Assembly: GCA_965287045.1 (NCBI GenBank)
Contig: OZ336872.1
Coordinates: forward strand, 42,470,001-42,534,000
Reading direction: 5' to 3'
Source of the DNA: Carcharhinus amblyrhynchos
Taxonomy: Eukaryota
Length of the DNA stretch: 64,000 nucleotides
Part shown: one piece after another, positions 14,402 to 26,080 of the stretch
Position numbering within the stretch: the first letter of the stretch is position 1
Layout of the letters: each line of letters opens with the position of its first letter
Program-made: the position numbers and the translations under genes
Notes under the pieces: model-generated
Told to the model about the DNA's origin: nothing
Databases searched by the model: none
Seen by the model: only the letters and a program-made list of their open reading frames with translations

Positions 14402-14480
14402 AAACCAAAAGAGAAAATGCTGGAAAATCTCAGCAGGTCTTGCAGCAAGTGTAAGGAGAGAAAAGAGCTGACATTTCAAC
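14402..14480 (+). mobile_element. Truncated fold-back/Penelope-like terminus
   Basis: Near-identical to 63040-63117 (ccaaaagagaaaatgctggaaaatctcagcaggtct...aaggagagaaaaga). Confidence 0.8.
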
Positions 14481-16672
14481 TTCATAATTGAATAGTCCAG
14501 AATATTCGAATCCAGAATATGAATTTAAAATATTTGGAGATACATTCAAAATAAACTGTTGTTTGATCATACAAAATAATAGAACAAATCAATGATTTTA
14601 AACTGATGCTAAGTGACTACATATTCTATCAAATACGGAAAATCAAATAAATAAATCAAAACAACTTCTGGAGTTAAAATGTACTGTTCTAATAATCTCA
14701 AAAATAAAGACACACCTCAACATATGAAAACTACCGTCAGATCTCAGTAAATAACCATTTTACAGAGTGAAAGTAATCAAATGGTACTTTAGCTGCAACC
14801 GCTCTCATGTAAGCCTATTAGTTTTCACAGAATGTGCTGCTGGCATTCAGAAGTCACGCATCATTAACCCTTTCTCTATCAGTTCAGCTTGCGTGCAAAA
14901 ACAGAGAAAAGATTTCTTTCATATTTGCATCTAAACAACATCCATGTGGTACACCAAAAGAAACTTTCTGATGCCAAAATAAGTGATAAACAATTCACTG
15001 TCATAGATCCAGAGGAAGTAAACTTAGAAAAATATTTACTTCATATACTTAAGAAGCAAAAAGAAAACAATGTATACAGGCTTCGTCAACATTTGAAAGT
15101 GGTTTAAAACCTATTCAAAATGTTATTGCTGGTTGACAAAGGCCATTGGCAAACAGTCAAACTGGACTATTATATTAAAACAATCCTCTAGGGAATCTGG
15201 TATTCTTTTGGGAAGTACAGTATATTGATCTGCAGATACAAAACCATATATCTACATCTTACTTTACATGTAATTAGGTCTGTCAGCACTCTGCTAATGT
15301 ACCGTTCTCAAAAATCATTAATTCTCTAATATCTAATGCCAACTTTATTCATTAACAGCCAATTACTTTTTTACTAGGGATTGCTTGTCCAGCAATTTTG
15401 TGAATTTATGTACAGGTATGAATACTGATTATTTGCCATAAAATGGCAAATAGCTGTTAATGTACATCTAATATGGCAAAATGCATATTTGTCAAATATT
15501 AATGTATTGATATTCATTTATTATTTGAATCCATATCAACTGAAAAAGGACTCTGATTCGTAATTAAAAATGAAATACCGTCAATTGCAAACTGTTCTGA
15601 TTATCATTAATAAGGTTAACCAACCATATATGAAGTAAAACAATAATTATTGCAAACACCTCAGACTTGTCAATGTATTATACTATTTAAAGTGTGCAAC
15701 TTGTTTCATTGTACGTGTGGTTCAGCATTAATGTAAATTGTTACAAGGTGCTACTGGTATAGCCAAAATGAATACATTTCTCAGACAATATACAACTCAC
15801 AAGGTTTAAAGTTTCTAACTGCTCCCGCAATCACAGATCTTCAGTTTGTGCAACTTTATTTAGTTCAGTGAGTGCTCAAATTGTTCATATGGTCCGGTAG
15901 GGCCCCAGTCCTTCGCTGGACCACACAGTTGATATTTTCTAATGTCAGCTTATACTGTGACTCAAACCTACAGCCACAACAGTGCAAAGCAAGTGACTCA
16001 ACCACCGCAAAAAGGAAGACTCTGTTACTGATTGACAGGTTCAATATGCTCACCCCAATCTTGCCTAACAAACACAGCATTATTTTTTGTCATCCAGTTT
16101 TATAAAAATCAAACGACTTTTAAAGAGCACAGATAAAATTTTAAAACATCATTACATTCCTCTCAAAGTTGGTTAATTACTTTTTTTAGGCGGCCCTTCT
16201 CAATTATCTGCCAACTTTTTTCATTATTCTCCAATTCATCGTTTTTATGATTTAAAGTACACTAACAGCTACAAATAAAGAGTAGTCCCTGTACAACCTG
16301 TTACAATATTACATTATAGCAAACAGACATAGAAATAACTGGATGTAGTATCTATAGACGGGAAATGGTGTTGGCTTTTGAAATTGTTTACACTTCATGT
16401 AATTATAAATGGTGTCAATGTAAGAACTTAATTCAATAAATTGTATACACTTAAGCAAATTACAGACATGATATACTTCCATGGGTTTCACTTAAATATA
16501 TAGATGTGAGGTTTATTAAAATATGCTGTCTCATTGCAATTTCTCAGATGAAAGCTAGATTTTTTTATATGAGATACCTAGACTTTTATGAAAATTAAGA
16601 TAATCAACCTCTGCAGATATCATATTGATACTTAGTTTTACATTTCTTTATCACACTTTGCATATTGTTTAC

Positions 16673-16740
16673 CTGAACTTTAAACTTAGCTGGTGTCAGT
16701 CTCTTCAGAAAAAGTAGATGAAGTCTAGCTGAATGCTGCC
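16673..16740 (-). other. Putative 68-nt 5'-UTR exon
   Basis: Acceptor cttttcttttaaaatgacag|GGCAG and donor TTCAG|gtaaac; no ATG; lies just downstream of the CpG island. Confidence 0.5.
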
Positions 16741-18487
16741 CTGTCATTTTAAAAGAAAAGTTCTGGCAAATTCCAGCTATGACTAAAACTTCACCAAGTC
16801 TCAATTTGTTCCACTGTGATGCGAGCTACTATCAGTGCATGCTAAATCTGGTTATAAATACTTCAGATGTGGCACCACCTTTTTTTTTGCAAAGTTGTAT
16901 TTTGTATCAGTGAAGTACTGCTTAATCTTATGGCAACCATGCTTTTGCAATAGATAATAAAATTACACTTCAACAGTTTTGCCCAACGAAAATCTACCGT
17001 CAGTACCTGGCACATAACCACTTTCCTTAAAGACAAAACCTCTGCAATGCACTTAATAAATATTTGACTTTGTTACTGAAATGTCTCTATGAAACTGCTT
17101 ATGAGATTGCATACATACATGTATAGTGTAAGTGCCTACACAGACATGCTCAAGGCGAGAAACTTCTGATCAATCTTTATGCCTCAACTTGTTAAGAATG
17201 GACTAGGCAGATGTGATCCTAATGACTCAAACGTAAAGTGGCTCAAGGTTGAATTTTGTCTTAACGCAAAAAGTTTTCAAGCTCTTTTTGGACGGCTGGG
17301 ACGTTCTGGGGGCTGATGTGAAATAAGTGACTGCGTTCCCCCCACGCTCCACATTCTCTTTCACCCCCTGATGTCTCGATTGTGTAGTAGTGCCCGGGCA
17401 CCACATGGTTGAAAGCCTCCCGAGAAGCGGACCCTTGACAACGGCTCAGCACACACTTTGTTTGATCTGCAACTGCTGGCGTGATCTGGGTTGTCAAGGT
17501 TCGCTTCTCGCCGGGGCTGTTTACCTCTGTGCGATTTTCTCAGGCGCTGGCTGAGATGAAGGAGGCTGAATTCCACTAATTTTCCTTTTTGCTAAAAACG
17601 CTCCCCCCTTTCTCCCAACTTAGGAGCCATCTCCCCCTCCCCGAGGAGATGAGATGACCAAAGTCATCTAATAAATGGGGTCTCAGTAAGAGAGTGAGAG
17701 AGAAAGTGGTCCCTAAGTCTGGGGGGGGGGGGGGAGTAGTAGCCCTTGGCTGACTTTTGTCAGCTCCACAGTCACTTTGTGGTGAATTTGTATTTAATAA
17801 AAGGCAATATCTTGCTCCTACCGAAGCTGTCCTCTTTAAATTCCGCTGTCAAGACACAAAAAACTCATTGTCCGCCCAGCAGCCGCCAAAAAACTCGGCG
17901 AAGTCAAGCGGACAAACTTTCGGTGAGCAGCTAAGAGAGAGAGAGTGTGTGACCCGCGCGTCGAGCTGTCGAATAAAAATGTGACCCAAAAAAAACTACT
18001 TTAAAAAAAATAAATTGATATATAGGTGTATATTTATTTATCGAAGATTGGCGTTCAGACGGTGAGGTTTGTTTGATTCTGTGGTGTTTTACTGGTGTCG
18101 GGAGGGAATGAAGTGTCTTGAAGTGCACGGGCAGCCCCACAGCCTTTGACAGGAAAGTTTTGAGGAAGATCTGAGTAAACACCAGCATTACCATAACAAA
18201 AAAAAAGAGCCTCTGGACTCCGCGGCTATTCTGTACAACCTCCAGCTCTCTCCTTTCATCAACAACACACAAAAAAGTTAAACAAACACCAAGTTAACAA
18301 CAAAGTCGTGGAGGCGCCAGATTCATCTCCCGGGGGCTCGCACAACAATCTTTGTCTGGCGCTTCGGGGGTGGTGTGGGGGTGGGGGGGGGGTTGGTTTG
18401 GTTCGGGCTTTGTCCACCCAGCCCTTTGCTGGGTCAGGGGGCTTCCAAAGCCACCCCCGCCTCTCCCAAAGGGACATCTCACCTCAC

Positions 18488-18760
18488 CTCCCCCTCCAAA
18501 GTTTGAGAGACAGTGAGGAAGCGAACTCCGCTTCCTCCACCCCCGCCCCCCGGGGAAAAGGCATCTTTCTCAATGAGGGTTGTATGAAGGAGGGATGGGG
18601 AAGGCGCTGGGCTGGAGTTAGGAGTGTGGGTGCGTGGATAAAGGCTGCTAGTATTTTCCGAGGCTGATCGAGGTGGAGAGCTGCGCTCATCCTCGCTGCT
18701 GGGGAGACTTTAGGCCGTGTGGTTACACCGAGACTACCACTGCCCAGCAACGCTTTCTCT
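18488..18760 (-). other. Possible alternative first exon (5' end undefined)
   Basis: Tandem donors GGGGAG|gtgaggtgag at 18488 and 18483 inside the CpG island. Confidence 0.3.
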
Positions 18761-19518
18761 CTCAGTCAAACAACAGGACGTTTAAACCGCCACAGTACCT
18801 TGGCTGCGGCTTTTCTTACTTTCCAGCATAGGAGCTTCCAACTGGAGAAAGTGGCGCTGAAGAAGTATTCGGGACGCACTCGAAAGCTGGAGATGATACA
18901 TTGCACTAACTCCATACATACCCTTCTTTCTACCTCCACCACCACCGCGCCCCCCCCCCCCGCCCCTCAATCAATGCACACACACCATACATATCTGACA
19001 CACAAAATCTCAATACACACTGCAGGACGGATCGGCCAAACTCTTGACTAAAATAAGACTGCGGAAATGTTGAGACTTTCAAATGCCAACGCCCCCCCCA
19101 CCCCCGTCCCGTCCCCCTACACCTAATTTCGATGACCGTCCTGGGTAATCCGATGCTTATCACACCCATGCGAGCTCGCGTGGATCTGAAAGTACAGGAT
19201 GGTTCCAAAAATAAAGGAAAGTGACAAAAAGAAAGTTTCAGGAGTTCCCCTTTCCTGTGCGGTTAGTGTGTCTATTACCCGCCCCCCCCCCCACCCACCT
19301 ACCCACCCATCCACCACTACCCTTTGCAGGAATGGTAAGACCCCCCGTCTCCCCCCCCCCCCCCCCCAAAAGGAGAAACCCCCTCGATCCTTGTCAAGTC
19401 TCCGCTGACCTGTCCATTTATGCCTCGGTAAAGACAGAGAGAAACCTGGGCGCAACTCAAACTCCTTCCAAACTGCCCGCATTGATGAATAAATAACCTC
19501 TCGCGAAACAAGAGTCCT

Positions 19519-19538
19519 ACACACACACACACACACAC
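19519..19538. repeat. (AC)n microsatellite
   Basis: Directly visible. Confidence 0.95.
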
Positions 19539-19809
19539 CTCAAAACTCACACACAAACTGCTGCCCACCCCCGGTCAGCAGCAGTTGTGTCGGTTTCTGT
19601 GTGTGCGTGTGTGTATGTTTGTGTGTAGGCAATGCAAATTGTTTAGCTCCGAGTCGAAAGCCACTTTGACAAACAACAACAATCTTCCCTCCCTCCCTCA
19701 CCTCCTCCTCCCCAGTAAAACACCCCAAACTACACGTGGGGCTTTGCAGGAAATCAAGAGTCCAGCCAAGCAGAAATAGTTAACCTAAAAAGCGAGCAGG
19801 GGCAGGGGG

Positions 19810-19829
19810 GAGAGAGAGAGAGAGAGAGA
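19810..19829. repeat. (GA)n microsatellite
   Basis: Directly visible, about 20 nt downstream of the exon-2 donor on the minus strand. Confidence 0.95.
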
Positions 19830-19849
19830 AGAATCAAATTCAAACTCAC

Positions 19850-19900
19850 CAGTTAAAGTACAGCTTTTAGGTTGTTGGGCAACCAGCAGATAATTTGACC
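19850..19900 (-). other. Putative 51-nt 5'-UTR exon 2
   Basis: Acceptor tgtgtgtgttgcag|GGTC and donor AACTG|gtgagt; 155-nt intron to the upstream donor. Confidence 0.65.
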
Positions 19901-20240
19901 CTGCAACACACACACATGCGATTGTGTACGAGAAAGCATGCAACAAGCACACAATAAATAACAATATATTACTCCGCTCGGGCACTACGTTGTGGAGCAG
20001 CCGCTCTTCTCCAAAGACACACAGATCCCTCCAGTGCAAGCCGGTTCAAACTCACACTTGATCGAGATCCTTTGCTATCCTCCCGCCCGCGCTTTCCCCT
20101 TCACTTTTCATTATTCGCAATTCTAGCGAACTAAATTGAGCTGTTTTTTTTTGGACTGGTTGGTTGGTTTGGTGTAGGGGTAAGAGGTGGGGGGGGAAGA
20201 TACAAATCGCGGAGTTGGATGTTGTTATTTTTTGCTGCAA

Positions 20241-20278
20241 GCTGCCCCCTGACGTCATATCCACCTGCTGTGTAAACA
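20241..20278. promoter_or_regulatory. Motif cluster: full CRE, E-box, forkhead site
   Basis: TGACGTCA 20250-20257, CACCTG 20262-20267, TGTAAACA 20271-20278. Confidence 0.6.
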
Positions 20279-20452
20279 ACATGTATCAGAGCTTTCAGAG
20301 ACACACAGAGAGGGGGAAGAGGGAAAGCTGCTGCTGTCTGAGAGCAAGTTTGGCATTAAACGAGCAAATACAGCCAGACCCAAGCCCCACTGTCTGTCTC
20401 ATGGAGGCTCTGGGGGAGCTCGGCCCAGTGAAAGTGATTGTGAAAATACTGA

Positions 20453-20510
20453 ATGTGTGTATGTGTTATATATATATATGTGTGTGTCTGTGTGAGTGTG
20501 TGTGTATACA
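20453..20510. repeat. Compound (TG)/(TA) microsatellite
   Basis: Directly visible. Confidence 0.9.
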
Positions 20511-23500
20511 GACAGCTGGGCCAAGCAGCTAAAGCGACTTTGAGAAGGCGCTCCCGCTCCGCTCCCCTCCCCTCGGCTCGGTTGCTCTCTGGCCAATGAA
20601 GGCAGCTGGGTTCGGGAGGTGAAAGTTCAGCAAGAGGACAACCCTGTCAGGAAGTAGAAAGTGTCAATCTATAGAGTGCCAACCCTACTCTTATCTACTT
20701 CACTGACCATTTCACACACAAACAGGGACAATCTGCGAAAGTGCCGATCCATAGCCACATCCCCCCTCCACCCCCACCCAACCCCTCCGTCTCTCATTCA
20801 GTAACCACCGGGGCTACAAGTCTCCTAGCTTCATTGATTCTTTTCCACAAAGAAAGGGGAAGAAATAGCAGAAAGTTGTGTTGGAAAGGGGGTAAGATGC
20901 GGAGGGTAAAGTTTGTAACTTGCAATGTATGTCACCCTGCTTATTAATGCGGGTTGCTGTTGCGCGTATCTTGTAATGTTCCAGCTCTGGGGCGAATGGA
21001 ATAGATCTTCTTTGAAATTATTGCCTGGGTGTGATCAGCTTTGAACTCCATCATAGCCGAGTATGACACCAGTCCTCAAACCTTTAGTCTCCTTTTTAAG
21101 AGCCATCTTCTGATACATTGTGACTCTGCAGATTACTGGAATTGATATATAACTCTTTCTGAAACAATCGAGCACACGAAACTGCGACAGGTTTTTTTTC
21201 CTTGATAGCCTTATAATAAAAACATTAATTACGAACCCGATGGGGCGATTTTTCTTTTCTTGAAAAATGCTTGCGAATCGGTTCAGTAGTCCAATTAACA
21301 CTTCTAGAACGTAACATTAATCTGCAATTTAACTGAAATCTTTCTGAAACCTTGCGTGTCCTTGATCAAGGACTGAAATGCAGAGATATAAATTTATTTA
21401 TAAATGACGCTTAATTTATTACGGGGCCATCAGTGGCCGTGCTGGAGAGTGGCGGATTTCTCTCAAGTCTCCGTTCTACTGAGAGATGGATTTGAGCAAA
21501 TGGAGAGCCTGGAACGCCATCCCCTGGTTGCAGAAGCATCGGAAAACGCCAAGGAGAAAATAATACATATACAATGGCAGCATTATTTGAACGCGATCCG
21601 ATGCAGAACTAGATGGCACAAAGTTAGGAAGATTATAAATATTCCATGCCTGAAGTGTGCTAGTCATAATTGAAATAATTGAACAGAACAAAAAAATCAG
21701 ACATCCAAGTCTGAATCAAATGCTATGTTTGCCACATTTAGATTTCATCCCAATTGTACCAGAAACGATTTATTTTATTAATATCATTAGTTTAGATACA
21801 TTTTAGAGAATGGGCGACAAACTCGGTTTGAGCCAATCCAGATGTGTTTATAAGAAGAGCCTTAACATCAAATACCTGCACAACGGTTAAAACTTTTGAG
21901 TCATGGAACTTCCAGCAAACCCCGCAGTTCTTTCCAGCTGTGTAAATATTAGCCTATTGTACACAAAATAAACTGAAATCGCTTATTGGCAACAAGGTGG
22001 AAAGCGAAAATCGTTGGGATATTTTCCTACCCTAACGAATAGCTTCAGCAGAAAGTAACCCTAGTTCGTGCCTTAATTGCCCGTAGTTTCCTGAATCTTC
22101 TCGGAGCAAATTTCCGAACGCCACCCCTCCCCCCGCCGGCCGTGCGATCTTGTTGCCCCCAAACCGCAAGGAATGCGCCGCCAGTTCGATCCGAATCGCC
22201 ACCCTCAAGTTGGGCGAAGGTGCGCGGAAATTTCCCTGAACCGTGCGGACAATTTGGCGATTCCGAAGACAGGGCGCTTGAACTCAGTTGGGAGATGGCA
22301 AAGCGGGGAGTAGCGATAAACAACGAGATCACTATCAATAAATCTGGCATGCAATCTAAACGTTAAACTTCATTGCAAAGTTAACCCAACTGTGATTTCT
22401 AAATACCCCGTGTGCTTTTCGCCCCCAAATCTTTTCTCAAAGAGCAACTCACTTCATCGTTAGGTAATGAGGTCCCTTCCAGCCTAATATTGTCCAGCTC
22501 CCACCGAATGATGTCCTTAAATAATAATGTTCAGTCACATTTTTAAAAAAACGATACCGCTTTAGTGTATTTTGTTTTACAGCATTCAGATAAACTTTAA
22601 GCATCTGATGGATGATTTTGCAGATTATATCATATTACACGAATGATTTTTCCTCCTAAGATCACATCATTCTTATTTCAAATCTTAAATCCCAGTGAAA
22701 ACTATTTCAAAATCGGATAAATGGGGTTTCGCGATATTTCATTCCATAGGTCCTGGTCTCCGTGGTACTTACGGTTGCAAAGTAATTGAATTTTGTTGCA
22801 GCCGCGCGAAATGTTGTAAAGATTTTATGAAAAGATTAATGTATTTACTAAGCACGGTGTCCATTCACTGCCTGCCGCATCTCTGGTGTTTTAGAGATGT
22901 TAACCTCACTGTATGCATCTCGGGGAGTTAAAACGGTTCAGAATAACCTTGTGCAGTCCGTGTCTCCCTGACCCCTGGCTCTGTTAACGGTTGTATCATT
23001 CTTTAAAATTATTATCAGGAATACCAAACTCAAACTGTGCATCTGAGGGGGCATTTTACCTTTCGTGAAGGAGCACCGACAATGTCGTGTAAATTAGCGC
23101 TAAATTACTGGGGGGATTCCTCTGTGTGAAGGTCCAACTGTGTAGCTCTTCAGCAGTGCAGTCACTCACCTGGATCGATACTGACTCTCGGACTTGTGAA
23201 TATTAGCTTTTGTTGGCTACCCCCATAACTGGCGTCCATATATATATCTATATATAGTCCTTTATAGGCTTCTACTAGTGTCGTCCCTGTTAATTGTACA
23301 GCTATTTTCTTGTTTAGTCACCCATCAGTATGGGTTTTCCTGTGTGCAGTCAGTGAGCGGGATGGGCTGTCAGCTGTTCTGTCTCCGATATATCTATCGG
23401 TTCTCAGCCCTGTACTTGCCACACACCCAATACAGGCTATAACAGGGACAGGTTTACACTGGGGATGGATTCACTTTTTAAAAATGCGTTCACTATTCAA

Positions 23501-25759
23501 TTGATTTTGTCCTTAGGTCGCTACTAGCACACGTAGAAAAACATAGTCGAATCTGTGATCACACATTGCAGTTCAAGAGAGGGCGGGTAGACGGAAAATA
23601 GAGTTCAAAGTTGGATTTCCACTTAACTCGTCCTCATTATTGACTCCCCACCACCCCCAGCCCCACCGCCCCCCCTCCCCCCCCCCCGCACTTAGCAATT
23701 TGTTTAACATTTTTTCGAGGTCGTCTTTACAAAACTCTTTTTGATTTTAGTTATTTTCTGTTTTTACCCCTCAACACTTTGAAGGCTTCTGTGGAGACAT
23801 TGATTCCAATGCCTGTTGATTAATCAGATTGCTTACTTCTTGTATTTCTCATCAGTGCATAACAATTCACACATCAGCAGCCATCCCTGCCTTTCTGGCC
23901 AACTGGGGATGTTCAGGATTTTTCTTATAAATGTACTAGAGAAGGTGCCATTGTGGCTAAAACACACATCTATGCATGCTGTGTTCCATATAGCCCTGCA
24001 TCCAGTCGGGAGCACAAGAAGAGTTAATGACTACTGGGCTACTTACAGATTAGAAGTTGAAATTGGGATCTGTGCAGACTGGTAAATTTGTAATGCACAG
24101 TGTATTTTTCTTTATAATTCCTTGTATGCACAGGATTGCAACCACACAATATAAATAATGTGATTCCACATTATTTGATGTTGCCATTTGTCCATGTAGA
24201 GGAAACTATTCATCTGGATTTTGAATCGCCTTGCTGCCTTTGTTCCAAGTTTTCTTCTCATATTCTTTTAGTTTGCCTCAATGCTAATCCAAGTCTCTTC
24301 CATTGCTTCTCGCCTGTCTGGCAGAGGTAAACTGACCATAAACAAAGTATAAACCTTTTCCCCCATATAAAGCACTCTCACCGACTGTGAAGAAACTCAA
24401 AAATTTTGAAGAAAGAAGCTCAACATTAGGCATACTAAATTCATATCAGTGACATCTAGAGATAATTTCACAGAACCTGGCAAAATACCACCAAAATGCA
24501 AAAATTAAATCTTCTCACTCACAATAAAGTTTATTCAATGTTTAAAAATAACAATTATCATATGCATGTATAATCTGCAGTAGAATTTGGAGAAACTAAT
24601 TCTAAATTTGGATATAATCACATGAAATACTGGAAATATACAACTTGCTAATGATTCAGTGTTAACTCTTTTATCTCTTAGAAGCTGATGGAATTGATGT
24701 GTATTTCTATTTTTATTCTTTTCAGAAGCTGAAAGAAAATTTTTATTTTGTTTTGTCTCTGGATTTCATTATACATTTCTTGTTTATATTTTATTTTTCT
24801 AATTTATTTTGATGTATTAATATTATCCTCATTTGCTCCACCCTTACATCCTTAATTTGTTCCTTTAATCTATTGCTTTATCATCACTCATCCAACCCCA
24901 CAGCTTGAACCGCTCTCTACAATTTTGCAGCAATGAATAGGTTCCCATTGATCGTACGCCAACTCAAAAACAAAATGGCACATGGAAATCTACCTCCTCT
25001 TTCTACCTACAGAGAAAATAAGGTACTCAAGAACACAACTATTGTGTTTTTTCTCCCAATCATTCATACTGCTAGCAGAACATATAGAGACTTCAGTTGG
25101 GGCCTGTTGATAGTTGTAATAAATGCAAGGAGTTATCCCTATGCTCCTGGTGGCTAATTAGAGAGGTAATTTTATATATTTTTAGCTGAACCAAATTGTT
25201 TCATATCTAATCATATATATGGTGGATAAATGAAATGAGATTGATTTCTAAGATAAAGGAGTTTGAAGATTTCATCTTTACAAATCAATCACATTCTCTA
25301 ACCGAATGTTGTGCAACATATTTTCTTACATCTAGCGTATTTGTAACAAGTAAAACAAATGGATAAATGAAATGCTCATTAAAGCATATTTGCATCCGGT
25401 GTTAGAAGCTAGCCACAGCAGAAAACTAAAGCAAGATTAAGAAAATTTCTGAAAGGTGGTTAGCAAATAATCTGTTGGGCTATTTGGATGAAATATTGAT
25501 ACATTAATACCATTCCAATTCTAGATTCAGAATTGAAATTATTTTCTCTTTTCTGATATGAAATAAACATATAATTTGTCCAGCCGTAGCCAGTCCTCAA
25601 TTACTTTGGGTTAAGGTATAAAAATAGGAATTTTGCATTGTTTTAGTAAATCTTGCATTTGTACAATTCACTTTCTATTACTTAGCACAAAGTGTGACAT
25701 GAGAATAGAATCATTGGTAAAGAAGGTTTTGATCGAAAGCACAGATTTCTCACCACCAT

Positions 25760-26080
25760 AAGAGAATCATAGAATCCTACAGTGCAGACAGAGGCCATTT
25801 GGACCATTGAGTCTGCACAACCACAATCCCAGACCCTGTCCCCATAACCCCATTTGTTAACCCTAGCTAGTCCCCTCTCACTAAGGAGCAATTTAGCATG
25901 GCCAATCCACCTAACCCCGCATATTTTTGACTGTGGAAAGAAATCGGAGCACCCATAGAAAACCCACACAGACACAGGCAGAATGTGCAAACTCCACACA
26001 GACAGTGACCCAAGCTGGGAACCAAACCCGGCTCCCTGGCACTGTGAGGCTGTAATGCTAACCACTGTGCCACCATGCCG
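25760..26080 (-). mobile_element. HE1-like V-SINE (tail type A, CR1-derived)
   Basis: Reverse-complement head ggcatggtggcacagtggttagc, V-domain, tail ending gattctatgattct. Confidence 0.92.

Larger units (their letters stand above)
20056..20520 (-). other. Putative first exon (non-coding/uORF-bearing; TSS approximate)
   Basis: Donor CAAGT|gtgagt at 20056/20055; GC-box-like and CCAAT motifs at 20550-20600 upstream on the minus strand. Confidence 0.55.
17250..22420. promoter_or_regulatory. CpG island promoter of an unidentified minus-strand gene
   Basis: Marked CpG and GC enrichment against a CpG-depleted background, no recognisable young TEs, poly-C/G, GA and CA tracts, minus-strand splice donors, CCAAT at 20593-20597. 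Confidence 0.85.

Noticed and set aside
17931-19568. Overlapping Pro/Gly-rich ORFs in the CpG island
   Set aside because: Expected from high GC and homopolymer tracts; no recognisable domain
16673-20520. Assigning a gene symbol to the promoter
   Set aside because: Only non-coding exons are visible and I do not recognise them
23089-23109. Near-palindrome gtaaattagcgctaaattac
   Set aside because: A single imperfect 20-mer is plausible by chance
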